From the NCBI GenBank assembly GCA_000320545.1, contig ADNK01000140.1, forward strand, positions 1-64,000: a stretch of 64,000 nucleotides of DNA, in the 5' to 3' direction. The stretch is from Bigelowiella natans CCMP2755. Its lineage: Eukaryota; Protista; Cercozoa. The translations under genes were made by a program, and so were the position numbers. The notes beneath the pieces were generated by a model. That model did no database searches, was not told the DNA's origin, and saw nothing but the letters and a program-made list of their open reading frames with translations. Shown piece by piece: positions 12,932 to 26,404 of this stretch. Position 1 is the first letter of the stretch; each line of letters starts with the position of its first letter.

Positions 12932-15411
12932 TGCTACAACTGCTGCTGCTGCTGCTGGTACTGCTCAGGTATTTCAAACACATCAGCGAAGAAGCAAGGA
13001 CTCTTACACTAATGCTACGCATCTCTCCACCCTGGTAAGAGTTTGCAGCAGTAGTAGAAGGAGGGGGGGGAGGACGAGTGGGGTGTAGTTAACGTGCTGC
13101 TAGAGAACAAATCTACACAATATACAACATGAATACTTTTACCACTCTAGTATCACAATCCACAGTGAGAAAAAAAAAAATAATAATAAGGAAAAGCAAC
13201 AAATTTATGTCTGTTGCTGGATAGGAGTGTTCATAGAGAGAAGAAGACTCGTAAGATTTACTATGTAAATCATGAGGTAGTGCTTAATGGCTTCCTACTA
13301 CCTGTTTCTTCCACAACCTACAATAAACAACAAAGAGGGGGCGAAGGAGAAGCATTTATTGTATTTTAATAAGACCAAACCATACGAGAAAAGTGTTGAT
13401 AAGTGTTACAGCTAATATCTGCACATGTACGTAGATAGATACTTGGCGATTTTGCTCTCCTCCCTTTCCTCCTCCTCCATGATATAAACTACATATTGTG
13501 TTGATTGTTTTGCTCTTTAGACCCGCACTACGCAGTGGTCGTCGCCTGTGCCTTTACGTCGTCGTTCTCTCGTCCTCCTAGAAAAAGAGAAAAATACACA
13601 AAGAGGAGAAGAAGGGGGGGGGAGCATAGGAAGAAAACTCACATCTCATTGCGGTACTACGCTTGTGATTGATTTTCAATGTATATTTGTCTTCTTCTTG
13701 ATATTTTTCTTGGAATAGTGCAGCAAACAAGCATCACACACTGTCCCCCATCACCATCTTTGATTTTCCTTATCTTGTCATTATATTTATTACCTAATGA
13801 TGATACCGTCACTATGACTGACTACCATGTCCGTCATTTTAGGCAAAAAACAACAACAGCAACATAGCCAAAACAAGCTCAAAGAAAATATCAATGCTTA
13901 TCACCAGCAGCAGGAGCAAGAAAAACAGAAAGAACACAGAAGACTCTTTTCAGTCGATAATACTTCATTACCAGCGGGGCATCATCATCGTCGCCGTCAC
14001 CATTATCATCATCATAATCATCATCGTCGTCGTTCTTCCCTCCTTATTCCTTCTCCAAGAGCTATTTTGTCCTCCTCCTCCTCCTCCTCCCCAACATCCA
14101 ATCAACGAAGAAATCATGCCAGTTGTTTCAACGTCTCTACTAGCACATCTCCGGTCACTTATCATCCTCCTCCTCATCATCCTCTTGATTCACCTTCATT
14201 CAAAACAACACCTCCGCAACCATCATCAACGAGGAAAAAAAGAACAACACCCGTGAAATTGTTTATTGCTGAGTCGCCTCCATCTCCTCCTCCACCAACC
14301 AAATCGCACCAGCACCAGCAACAGCAGCACGAGCAACAGGCTCATCAAAGGACACTCAAAACAACAACAACAACAACAACACCATTTGAAATACCTGCAG
14401 GGGCTACTATTTCTACTACTAGTAGTGTGTCACCGACATCTACATCATCATCATCATCATCATTAGCTCCACTAGCATTGGAGGAGGGGGGGGAGGAGGA
14501 GGAGAAAAAGGACATGATGATGCTAGCAATTGCTGGAGAGGAGGAGGAGGAGGTAAAGAGATTTGCTACTGCAAGAAGAAGTCCCGAGACTTCAGCAATG
14601 CCTCCACCAGTAGCAGCAGTAGCAGTAGAAGCTATAATGATGAAGAAAGTAACTGTACATTCTGTACCATTTGGAATGACTGCTAGACGATTACTTGTGA
14701 TCAACGTGTGGGGAGAAGCTGCTCAACAAGGTGCTAGTAAACTTCATTATAATCAGTAGCGAGATGATATCATCACGGGTACAACAAACAGCGGGTGGGT
14801 GAGTAGGACAACATTTGTTATCATCATCTGCTATATTACATCACATCATATTTGAAGAATCATGTTATTATTAATAAATGATGTAGGTGTATCTGTGGGC
14901 GATAGAATCCTGAAGATCAATAATCAAAGCCTTTCTTCGCATAGGGTACGACTTACAGCAGTAGTAAGAAAAGGAGGAGGAGGAGGAGGAGGAAGAGGGA
15001 ATCTAAGAAGAGAGATAATAGAGAATCATCATTTACCAAAGCAGAGCAGAGATGCAAGAATTATGCGTATATGATGCATGCACATGAGAAAGAGAAAGAG
15101 AAATAGTTGACATCATCATGAGGTGCTCCTTCCAATTTACCACTACATACTACAACCACAATCGTTCTTCGTTATCATCATCATCATCATGATCATCATC
15201 ATCATCATGATCATCATTGTCAATAATAATACATTGAAGGATATGGAGAAAATATTCGTTGAATCTGTTCCTCCATTTTCCATACTCCTCCTTGGCGCAA
15301 CTGAGAAGTCCATTTTGAAAGCAAAGAAGGTGGTGCTTCATTCTTTCGGCGTTTTGTTGTCAAATAGCTAGGAATAATAGCAAATAAGCAGCAAATAATA
15401 CTTTACTGCCG

Positions 15412-15443
<32 letters not shown>

Positions 15444-15562
15444 GATGCTTCTATTTACTACTACTACTACTACTACTACTACACAGCTCATGGCCAATTT
15501 GAGGCTAAAACAGATGCAAAATGGAAATGTAATCGTCAGCATAACAGATAGAACAAGAGAGC

Positions 15563-15598
<36 letters not shown>

Positions 15599-15855
15599 AA
15601 AATTATTAAACATAGAGCCATGGCTGAAAGAGTCGTAACTTAAATATATTCTATTTTGGCAGTTATCAGTCACTCACGCGTATTTCTATTCGAAGATCAT
15701 TCCTCATCATCATCTTGTTCTTCTTCTTCTACTATTAATGTCATCTATGCTTCTATGTTCTCTTCACAACAGCTTATATCAGTGAGGCCAAAACGACACT
15801 TTAGTGTACCAGTCAATAAGGTGGTAGTAGCAGCGCAATTAGTACGTAGGATAAC

Positions 15856-15888
<33 letters not shown>

Positions 15889-17162
15889 TCATCCTCCTCC
15901 TCCTCCTCCTCCTCCTCTTCATCATCATCATCATCACTACTAGGATCATGGTAATTTATCATCAATCAATGACAAAATAGGGAAAACTGAACAAAATTGT
16001 GAATCTTGGATTTGATGAAGAATTGAGCCATGAAGCTCTCTACGTCTCTCGGTAAAGTATGGTGATGCTGGTTGTTGCTGATGTTATTGTTGGTATTGTT
16101 GTCGTAGTAGCTGTACTTGCTGTCGTTGAAAATGTGCACTACTACTGCTACTACTGCTACTACTACTAGCACACGGGTTGTAGTTCTAGTGTCGTGATGG
16201 TGGATGGTATTTTCCTTAAATTTGGTCTTCAGTAACACTCTTTGTATCATCTCAAACAAAGACGTAATCGTCTTGTCGTCGTCTGATATGAGACTCATCT
16301 TCTTCTAAAATACAATTGTCAATAATACTGTAGCGGCAAGACTCAAAAAGCTCTAAAATGGCTGTTCGGAAAACCACAGCGACTGTACATCATATACCTC
16401 TTCCTCACACACACACAAACATATATATTTATATATATCATACGTACTTAACATTAGTAGTACCTTCAAATAACGAAGAAATAGAAGAAGAAGAAGAAGA
16501 TGATGATGATGGTATTGATGAAGTAGATAACTGATATAAATTAACAGGCTATCATTAAGTAGCAGTAGCAGTTGTAGCAGCCATATTGCAGCACTACTCA
16601 CTGACAGCAGCATTTTCTACTCTTGTTCTTGTTCTTCTCCATCGTCCTGATAGATGTATTTGTGAATGGGACATAAGATATGATACAAGATCACAGAAGG
16701 TAGTATTATAACTACCACAACTATGCATAAATAAACCATCAGATGTAAGTATCCACTAGAATCAATGGAATTTGTGATGACAACGAAAGAGACATCAAAC
16801 TTCGTTACATCGAGCTTACGCAAACAATCTAATTCTTCGAGCTCTAGCACAGTTATGATTCACAGTGTAATTATTATATGTGAGCGGTGAACAATCACAA
16901 TTGCTACTACTCAGGAAGTAGTTGTTGTTGTCGTCTGATGACGATTTAATCTATTAATGGTGTTTTATGTTAAGAATACTACGTGACTTGTTCGGTGTCA
17001 ATGATCAGGTCTACTATGCAAACAACACGAGCAAACAAACACAATGGCATCGTCCAATCGTTCCTGGTTGGTAGATAATAACTACAAAGTCTTGTTAAAG
17101 TAGTAGTGAATATAATACTCTTAATGCAGATTATCTTCTTGACTAACTCACACATGTTGCTC

Positions 17163-17199
<37 letters not shown>

Positions 17200-17886
17200 G
17201 ATATTGTGTTTCTTTAGAATCAATGCAACGAATATATAATAAAATGGTGCGAGATACAGAGGACGTTGATGCAAGGTGGAAGAAATAATAATTCGTTGCT
17301 TAGCAGCTGTGATGAAAATTGGAAGAAGATGAAAGACTGCAATGTAAATTTGGTGGACAAGAAAGAACAATAATATGTTTTTAATTAAAATAGTTGCGAA
17401 TAGTAGACGATGTGTTAAGGAGGATGTATATAAAGTATAGTGTGTATAATTTTGTTGGATATAGTAGTCAAAAGCAATCTACACATTTCTCCATTGTAGT
17501 AGCAGTAGCAGCAGCAGCAGCAATAGCAGTTGAAGATGCAGTTTTGAACAACATCATTATGAAAGCACCCTAGCTCCTCTAATACTTCGCATGCTTATCA
17601 TTATTATATTAGACTTTTATCGGAAGCTCTTATTCATTACAAGGCCGATGTTACCAAAGCTATGCGGTGGCTTAGACTTAAATCTCCCAAACCATTACCT
17701 TTGAATTTCATTATGCAGGTATTAGAACGTATATACATAGAAGAGGAGAGGCTTTCCTATGACTTTGTCAACCGACTTATAATTCATTGTACATATCTAC
17801 AGGTTCTACGTGGAGAATTGATTTATATTGATAAAACTACCCGTAAACGGTACACAAAGCGACCGGTTGATCCAATGTTTTGCTAA
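7050..17886 (+). CDS. Large multi-exon scaffold protein: C2-like region, WW domain, PDZ domain, UBA-like and WW-like C-terminal segments
   Basis: C2-like exons at 7192-7380 and 7590-7880. A WW domain spliced from 3 exons (SPPW|SVHREKKTRKIYYVNHE|TRTTQWSSP; ~13020-13035, 13226-13276, ~13521-13550). PDZ segment VHSVPFGMTARRLLVINVWGEAAQQ|GVSVGDRILKINNQSL (14655-14940). Terminal exons EALIHYKADVTKAMRWL and VLRGELIYIDKTTRKRYTKRP-stop at 17886. The start position and single-gene status are uncertain. Confidence 0.65.
7990..17520. repeat. Dense microsatellite field in introns (GTA, GAT, GAA, GGA, GCT, CA, GA, TA units)
   Basis: Dozens of perfect di- and trinucleotide tracts. Similar fields occur at ~24700-34100, 37650-41760 and 54200-60300. 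Confidence 0.95.
9222..9333 (+). repeat. 56-bp perfect tandem duplication near an intron 3' end
   Basis: CATTAGTAAAATGTTGAGAATATTTGTTTGTTTCTTATTTCGCCGAATGGATGCTG at 9222 and again at 9278. Confidence 0.95.
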
Positions 17887-17899
17887 CTGGCATATTTGT

Positions 17900-18880
17900 T
17901 GTTGGCAACGTTGTTATGTTGTCCATAGAAGAATAACAACTACGCAGCGATCATAAGCATGTACATAGAGATCTTAGATGAACGCTATATGTAAAGAACT
18001 ACTTCATTAACATGATTACTGTTGTCATGATTAAATTCTATGCAGCAACATCCCGTTATAGCATCTGGGTGGTAACACTACCAGGCGCGTAGGATGCTAG
18101 CTAATGCTCATGTCATGCATGTACAAACGAGCTAGTACTTACCAAAGTATGAGACGGATGTAATGAACAAGTTAAATTTGTTCAATTGTCATCCATAGAT
18201 CCTAACGTAGCTCTGCAAAGTACATACGATACGGTAGTACCCGTGCGCTAAACGAGTATCATCCGCCACATGGGGATTTGACATCTCCCATCACATTTGA
18301 GTACACCACTCCAGTACCACTCTAGTACTGACGACTCTACAACAGCATTGCTAGGTTGTGAGCCATGTGACATAGCTTAGATAGCTTCATGGAGTCTACA
18401 TGAAAATGTGGGCAGCATGGTGGACGCGTGGCTAGAAAGCGACTGCAACAACAAAACATCAACTGAGCAAGCTAGCAAGAGGCACACGCGCACGCTAGCA
18501 CGCACATTTAGCAAAAATATGGAATGCTTCGTGTGTTACAAATTGCACTGCTGCACGTGCAACGCTACTAGTCTACTGCGCTTCCGCACACATGCTAGCA
18601 TGGTTCTTAACACTGAAAATCAGCATGCCGTGGCATCATTAGCGTGCTAATCATTGTCTTATGAACTGAGAATCCATCATGTGCTACGAGAAGATAGCCA
18701 TAGCATGGTGTAGTGTGGCGTAAGTGCGTGCTAGTGTGCATTAGTTGTTGTTATGTGCATCGTATATGATGCTGCTGCAACAAATCTGGGCTTGCTAGCT
18801 TACTTCATCAGTTTCATAGCATTCTAAATCATTGCATGCGAACAACTCCACCAACACCATTACACACGAATAAGTGACGT
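17900..18880. other. Palindrome-rich intergenic spacer B between convergent 3' ends
   Basis: Dense CATG/GCTAGC/GTAC/TGCA words, with CATGCTAGCATG at 18591-18602. No microsatellite fields. Confidence 0.65.
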
Positions 18881-18889
18881 GTTGAATCG

Positions 18890-20599
18890 CTAGCTTGCAA
18901 TCGCATAGATCCGAATCGACAGTATGACCGATGCCATTGTACACCAATATATCACACCATGATTTTTCCAATTGTCTCTCGCCTCGTCTCGGATGTGTTT
19001 GACTGATGTGCGTCGGATCTCGTCATGATCGATTTTTCTATCATCCCCTTTCCTGGCTATCACCGCGTTTCCTCTGCGTGGCGGTGGTTGTGAACCAAGG
19101 GAGATTGCTGCGGACTTTTGAGAGTTATTCTGTGAAGAGTTTTTGATGGTGTTAATGGACTCTCGAGCACTACTGGTGATGGACTTTCTTCCTGTAAATG
19201 CCAACCCTTTACTAAGCCGTGCAATCGCCTGTAGTTCTACTTCTGCATTTACTTCGAGCCGAGTTAGCCGGTTGGTAAGGGAGCGAGTAGCAAAGAAACG
19301 GATCATATATGTCGTCGGAATTAGAACCGAAAATACGTAAAGAGTATTGATTATAGCATTTCTTTCCAAAGGTAGCAACTGATTACCCCATTGAGAGCAG
19401 AAATACTGGACAACCACAACTACGAGGATGAGGGGCGACGCAGCAGTCTCAGACACGGTGTTCTGCTTTAAAATTACTACATCAGCTTTGAACAACTTTA
19501 ATAGTTCGCTTGGCGTCTCTGCGTCACTGAAGTTATTGTTGAAATATTCGTGCAAGAAGCCGGAGTCGCGAACATAATTTGAAGATGAAGTTAAGAAGAG
19601 CATTATAGCAAACTCCAAGTTGAGCTTACTGTCTGCATAAAGCGAACTGATGATGAAGTCCTCCGCAAACTGCCAGCTGAATATCAGGGAATGTAATCTC
19701 TTGCGCTTATAAATGTTGTTAAGTACATCAAGATGGCATTGTGTCGCGTAAGCACCAAGGGGGAAAATTATTTTTAAGATAAGAAAGAGGCCCACATGTT
19801 TGAACTGAATACCTTCGATTAATCTACTTAAATACCAGTAAAGAGAGCCGCTGACCCTCGGATTATATGCTGCTAATCCAACATATAAAATGTATCCAAT
19901 CTCGTCATGCTGCAAGCATGTTCTCATTGAGGGGAGAAGTATAAAATAACTGAGTATACTCCATACAACCCAGACAAATTCAAACAACAAATATAAATTG
20001 TAATTGTGGGCAAATGCTACCATCTGCAATGCTGTGAGTAACATCAAAGGGCCATAAAATAGGCACAAAACAGGATAATCCCTCACACTCAGTAATTCGA
20101 ACCAACTAAGATCCTTGTCTCGCTCTTTTAACTTATAGAGCGGGTAGAAGAACAGTCCTGTTAAAGTGGACGACATGTAGAAAAGGGAAACAAAAGACCT
20201 CACAAAGAAGTTATGGCGCAATGCCTTAAGGTCCGTCATGAAAAACAAGCTTCCCATGAAAAATAGGATAAAACACCACGTTCTTATATTCTCCCGATTG
20301 ACCGTCTGTGGCTCAACGCGTTGTAGATACAGAACGAACAGGGCAGTCTCAATAACAAAGAATACTCCGAATGGGGCTGCAATATCAGGATCTGTCCCAT
20401 ATTTTGACTCTTGATGTCGCCTCTTCAAGGTTAGTATAAGCAAGATGGTTGCTATAGTAGCAAAGACTATGAGTCCCAGCATGCCATAAAAAATTTTCGC
20501 TTCACCAGAGCAGAACAAAGACCGTTTCTTGCTCTTCTCAGACCCGTCCTTGTAATTTCCCTCCTCATTTGCCCAAGACTTTCTCATCCCCAAATGATT
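18890..20599 (-). CDS. Large terminal exon (~570 aa) encoding a multi-pass membrane domain of unknown function
   Basis: Uninterrupted ORF with roughly 9-11 hydrophobic helices. It is preceded by an in-frame TAG that doubles as a phase-0 acceptor (AG at 20601-20600), matching a phase-0 GTGAGG donor at 20778. Confidence 0.8.
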   Translation of the reverse strand, partial: NHLGMRKSWANEEGNYKDGSEKSKKRSLFCSGEAKIFYGMLGLIVFATIATILLILTLKRRHQESKYGTDPDIAAPFGVFFVIETALFVLYLQRVEPQTVNRENIRTWCFILFFMGSLFFMTDLKALRHNFFVRSFVSLFYMSSTLTGLFFYPLYKLKERDKDLSWFELLSVRDYPVLCLFYGPLMLLTALQMVAFAHNYNLYLLFEFVWVVWSILSYFILLPSMRTCLQHDEIGYILYVGLAAYNPRVSGSLYWYLSRLIEGIQFKHVGLFLILKIIFPLGAYATQCHLDVLNNIYKRKRLHSLIFSWQFAEDFIISSLYADSKLNLEFAIMLFLTSSSNYVRDSGFLHEYFNNNFSDAETPSELLKLFKADVVILKQNTVSETAASPLILVVVVVQYFCSQWGNQLLPLERNAIINTLYVFSVLIPTTYMIRFFATRSLTNRLTRLEVNAEVELQAIARLSKGLAFTGRKSITSSARESINTIKNSSQNNSQKSAAISLGSQPPPRRGNAVIARKGDDRKIDHDEIRRTSVKHIRDEARDNWKNHGVIYWCTMASVILSIRIYAIAS

Positions 20600-20778
20600 C
20601 TATAGATGAAAGGGATGATGACAAATTTTATGGCTGTAATTGATTTTCACATGTATTCACACACAGAAGAGAGTGGGAAGGGAAGAGTGGAGAGTATGTA
20701 AAATTGTGAAGACATACGTCAAAAGAGGAGATTGGAATACAATGGCACCGGATAATATGCGTTACATAATGTCCTCAC

Positions 20779-22674
20779 CAGGTCATTCGCTTTTTCATCT
20801 TCGACAAGGGACGGCTCTTCTTTTTCATCTTCCACATGGGACAAGTCTTTTTTGATCTGTACATGGGTATCTTTCGATTTAGAATCTTCATCAATGTTAC
20901 TGACAATGGGTGCGCCATGATCGATGTTCCTGTTCCTATCAGCAAGCCGAGTTGCCCAGTTATCGTCTGCTTTTAGTCCCCCTGCTCCATCAACACCGAC
21001 GATCTCTGCAGCAAGATCCCCTAATCCCATCTCGATGAGAGCGAGTTTCGTATCCGTTCCTCTCAATTTTGTATCATACAGGGAGTCGAGGTCCAAGGAT
21101 CTGGATCTTCTCTTTCGTCTATTGGTTGAGTTCTCCCAGGGCAACTTATTCCCGTCTTTGTCGAGATCAACATGAAAGTTTCGGAGCTTTGCGAGCACAG
21201 CAAGGGTGAGAGGTATTCGTGACCTTTGGGTTGGGTAAATATTCATACAAATAGTAAGCTAGTAGTTTACTTTCCAAGTGGTACATAGCAATGTTAAGGG
21301 CCAGGTTGGTCAATACTTGTTCAGATAGAAATGTCGATGCCCTGAAGTCTTATGCTTTCGAAGAAAAAATCCTGCTTCTTTTAGTAATTTGCGATCGTTT
21401 GCATCCCACGCAATAGCTCCATTTTCTGACGATTACACGTTAAAGGTTCAAAATTTGTGGCGATTTACTTTTAGTCATTTCTCGAAAAATATGTGTCCTA
21501 GAACCTCGAATGGATGTCTCTATCTCTCTCAACCAAGAAGGGGTAAAGGGATATTTAATTACCTTCCAAATAATTCAAGACTCTGTACTTTTTCCTTTTT
21601 GGAAATGCTTCTACAGCAGTAAGGGCCTTGAAAACTTTAAATGACATTCTTTCCAATAGATCGATTTATCTTAAATTATGAATTTTCAGTGGGATGACAC
21701 TGCTGTTCCCCAGTCATTGTCCAAGGCTTATTCCTTAGGGAGGCCATCTTCTACATGAACAATGAACAATGAACAATGAACAATGAACAAAGCGTTGATC
21801 AAATCTACATGCGCCAGAACCACATGGGAGAAGGCGTTTGCATGAATGAACTACACGTTTCCCAAGCAGCATCCAAACGAGCACAGTGGTACCACCCTAT
21901 TTAGCACAGAATTAAAGCATATGTCATTGTCGCAGTTCCCAATAGCAGGAAATATCTGTGTCAGCCACAAAGCCGGAAGAGAGGAATTGTGTTCCGTCGG
22001 TTGTTGGTGTATGATGATGACGCACAACAATAACGACAACAACAAGAGCAAGAATATACCGGTAAAGAATTCTATTTTGCTTCATTTCACCTACATTTCA
22101 TCCCAAATGGAGCTCAATTACCGGTAAACAACTACACCTGTCAAAACGTACTCATCTGAATGAGAATTTAAAAATCCTTGCCATTTTTGAGTTGGCATGG
22201 AGTTTCAGGTGTGATGTGAAAAAAGTACGATGGTGTCGTAAGAATTATTGTGAAAAGCCTCAGGAGAGAATCGGTATTAATATTGGGCTATTTAGTGTCT
22301 GTGTATATGTCGCATTGAAATCTGATGTGTGTTTGGGCATCCATCTGGAGTATAATTGAACTTATCTGTCCATGACTGTGCTGAACGAAGCTTTTGTAGT
22401 TCTGAGCAGTGTGATTAGATCTAACTCGAGCATTGCACTCGTCCGCCTCCTGTAAACCAAACCCGTACGACGCACCAAGGAAATAAAGATGGTCGCACTT
22501 CCCCCAGAAATAGATAAAAATATAACGAAGTATATATTTTTCATCCTCTCTGCTGAAGGGCATATGCGATTCGTCTCCCAAATTCAAACGCACTGAACGA
22601 ATCTGCACAGCGTAAAGTTCATTTTTTTGTTCGAGTGGGTTCGAACGATTTGCGTATTCGTTCCCATTTGGCAT
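20779..22674 (-). CDS. Upstream exons of the same gene: soluble N-terminal region of unknown function
   Basis: ORF 20779-21246 (RIPLTLAVLAKLRNFHVDLD...DEKANDL) splices in frame to the 18890-20599 exon. Further exon-like segments extend to ~22700. Confidence 0.5.
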
Positions 22675-23501
22675 GACTTTCTTCGTAAGATAACGAAACA
22701 TGGGAAAATAATATTTTAACGAAGATTTTGGATGTGATGATACCACTTAGCCCAAGCTTAAATTTGGCGGAGCTCCAAAGTGCCGAGTCTGCCAGAAATC
22801 TGTCTATGGTGAACCACAGCTCTTGATGAAGAATATTCCTTATTTCCTTTCCTGATCATATTTCCACGCACTTCACGTTTAAGAAAAATTTATTCCAATC
22901 TAATTCGATAGCTATGGAAATGCTGAAGTACGACGGATACGGTAACCAATTATCCATTTATTCTTTTGAGGAATGGTAAGTGTCTGGGCGATTTCTAATA
23001 TTTTCTTTCTTGACCATTTTACAGTCTACCACAAAAACTGCTTTCAATGTCTTGAATGCAAGAGCGTTCTTAGACCTTCTGCGGTTGCTATGATGTCCGG
23101 TGATCTTTACTGCAAAGGTAGTAGTGGATATTCGAACCTCCAATTATATCTGGATGTGTAACCATTATTCGATTTTAATCAATACATGGCAACTATCTCC
23201 CCAGCCTAAAAAAAATCATCTTCATTTCAGACATCTTATTTTGCACTGAGGTTGATAGAAAACTAGCCATCTCATTTTGTACATTCAACAACAACTTCAT
23301 ACGCATTTAGTTACACATTGCCCTCCTCTGCTTTTCACAGTTTGCTTTAAGAAAAAGTTCAAGGCTCGCGGAAAGTACGACGATATCTCCAAAGTCATTC
23401 CAGGAACACAAGGCAAGAAAGCACAAGCACCTAGCAAAAAAGTGGAGGAGGGCAAAAAAGATGTACAACCTCCGAAGGAGGAGGAAGTGAAGGAGACGTG
23501 A
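22673..23501 (+). CDS. Small single-LIM-domain protein (CRP/CRIP-like)
   Basis: Exons assemble to PKLKFGGAPKCRVCQKSVY|AMEMLKYDGY|VYHKNCFQCLECKSVLRPSAVAMMSGDLYCK|VCFKKKFKARGKYDD..., a complete C-x2-C...H-x2-C-x2-C-x2-C...C-x2-C LIM motif. Stop TGA at 23499-23501. The start ATG at 22673 is inferred. Confidence 0.88.
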
Positions 23502-23829
23502 GGAGGAAGAAGATAGAAAGGAGGAAAGCAAATTCTCTCCCGCTCTCTGGATGAAGTCATTGGTAAATCAAGGAGAATTCTTACTCATATACAACATATT
23601 GAGGCCTTTGGAGATTAACCCCTCTTCGAGTGTCGTAGATATCGGGGGAAATCTCGCAGTTATGCGCAAATATCTACTCACAACATCTAATTGTAAAGTT
23701 TGGCTTCAGCATCCAATCTGTGACCAATTGTGCAGCCCACCTTTGAAGAGCATTTCACGTGTCAATTTGACAATATTCGACCACCAGCGCAAGACTATAC
23801 TCTTGTTACACATACTACAGCATGGTCAT

Positions 23830-24200
23830 TACATGAACTAGCGTCGCATCGTCGCAGCAGCGGCCATTACGATACAGATACAGCATGCTATTGCGTGCGT
23901 GCGCGCAAACAAATTTGACCCATACTAGCATAGTCGTGTTTACGCTCTGCGCTACGTTGCCTTCAATTACACTAGTACAGTCTGCACTGTACGCACATCA
24001 CACATCATTACACGTGCGCTCCACGCTACACAAGGCGTGAGTGAACCAAGCTATGCAATGGATTACGAGAGAGCCAGGCTAAGCGGGCCACATGCGGATG
24101 CATTGTGCGATGACGGACCTGCTGTGTGATGCACGTTGCATGTCCATCAAATTAGTAGCAACATGTAGAAACAGTGACGCCTAGCCCCATGCGTCATTAT
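23830..24200. other. Palindrome-rich intergenic spacer C between convergent 3' ends
   Basis: Alternating purine-pyrimidine sequence (GCGTGCGTGCGCGC, CACGTG, GCATGC, ACTAGT). Confidence 0.6.
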
Positions 24201-24246
24201 TATTGCGTGCTCATTTATAGCATACGCAACACATGAGAAAGCAGAA

Positions 24247-24697
24247 TTATGGCCGGGTGCCAGGGTGCCCGCATACATGTGAAGACATCGGGATTGTTTG
24301 CAACGATCTGCGTCGCACGTTCTCACGATCTGAGAGTGTACGGATGATAATTGAGCTAGATTTCGATGTAGATATTTTACTACTTCGAGAATTTTGCAAG
24401 CCAACAAATTTTGATGACATATTTGTGTATTTCTCTTCTTCAACTACGTCCAGGTGAAGGCGGTAGTGGCGGTTGTAGCTGGTGCTATGAATGATAAAAA
24501 TGTTTCTGATGACAAAGCACCCTCTTCGCGCGCTATTTTGGCTTCTAAGAATTTCTTTCTCCTGGTGTTCCTCCTGATTTCGCACTCTTGGATCTCCTCC
24601 CGTACAAATTATTTATCTTGGTCTCGCCATTATTATCAATAATAATGCTGTTTTTGCCGCCACCTTCGCAGATAAATTCGTCTGGAAACACGTAAAA

Positions 24698-24755
<58 letters not shown>

Positions 24756-26204
24756 CTATGAAGGAATACCAATCAAGTTACGGTAATAAAAGACAGCTAT
24801 GGGTGTGTTTCCTGTTTATGCACTAGTTCGGGGATTAATCATATTAGTGCCTGCAGGTACGGGAGAGGGAGAGGAAGAGGAGCATATTGGATGACAGACA
24901 TAGTAGTATACCCTTAAAATCTGGCTTAGCTACTTCTGACAATCTTTTCTGGTACTTTTCGCCTCCGCCTGGAAGAGGAGCCACCTACAGACAACACAGT
25001 GACAACAGTGCACATGGAGGGGGAGGGTAACGATCTAATCAAGGTCAAACCGGCGATATAACATACCACCTTACTGTCTTTATTACCCATATTAAGCAGC
25101 GCGGTTCGCCTGGATTCAAACTGACTTTACTGTCTTCCTCGAGTTGTTGCCGAATCCTTCGCTTTTCCTTTTCTTCTTCTTTCTTGTTCTTCTTATGACG
25201 CTGGCGACTTCTTCCCTCCAGACTAGTTCTATGTGCTTTCTTCCTTGCTTGCACCCTCGCAAACTTATCTTCTGCTTCTTCGAGAATAGTTTCCAGCACG
25301 GCCTCGCTCTCATTCTGCCTTCTTCCCTGAGGGAAGAAGATGGTTTGCCGGCGCCAAGCAAATTCGCTCGGCTGGATATTATGCAGTTGTAAAACCTGTA
25401 TTATTATATATTTAACATTAATTATTCCATACCATAACCTTTGGATGATGACCGCCATCGGGTGAATACATTACTTGGATGGAGATATATAGAAATTTGA
25501 GAAAGGTGTGTTGTTGTTACCTCTGCAAGCTTTTGATCCCATCCCTGGACAACGCCACCATTATCATGATAATTATAATAAGTTAGATGATAATAATGCA
25601 GTACTTCTAAAGGAATTAGGTAAGTAGGTAGTAATAGTAGCATCACTCCACCTATATCGAGACAAGAGCAGAAGCATATTTACCAAAGAAAAAGAGGAGA
25701 AGGAAAAAGAAAAAAAAAGACAAAGATAAAGACACACAGAGAGAGGGGGGGGGGGGGGGAGATGGCCACTACTAAATGCGTAATATATCATTCTAATAAA
25801 TGCCTGATGTCATCTCTATCATATGATTTGTGTTTTGTTTCACGATGTCAGATTTTGTATCATCGATGATGAAAATACATCAGTTACATCATCATCATCA
25901 TCATCATCATCATCATTATCATCATAACCACTATCATCATCTTACTATCATTGCTACGCACAAGGGTCGGCAGCAGCTTCGTCGTATTCTTAGCTACTCT
26001 CCAGTTCTTGAGATAAAAATGGAATAGCTGCATGATTCTTGCACTCAGAATCACAACATTACCTTGGACGAAAAACCTATCCCCCCCTGCCATAATAGTG
26101 AAAGGAGGGTAGAGGAGGGAGAGGAGAACGAGGAATAAGTTGTAGGTATTACTACCGCTTTGGAATATAAAATTGCAAAGTGATAATGTTCTACTATTGG
26201 CCAA

Positions 26205-26235
<31 letters not shown>

Positions 26236-26371
26236 CACAACCAACCAATCAATTATTCACCAATTATCCATCAGTGTTAATCAATTTTGTCTTTGTGTTA
26301 ATTGAGACAGGAAATAGTCAGTAGGAAATTAGTACGAATAATCACATGGGTAGATTGGGAGATACTACCGC

Positions 26372-26404
<33 letters not shown>

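Noticed and set aside
7050-17886. Nedd4-family ubiquitin ligase
   Set aside because: C2 and WW are present, but no HECT motifs were found and the gene ends at 17886.
18890-20593. 567-aa ORF as a third stand-alone intronless, horizontally acquired gene
   Set aside because: A phase-matched donor (20778) and acceptor (20600) join it to upstream exons, so it is better read as a terminal exon.
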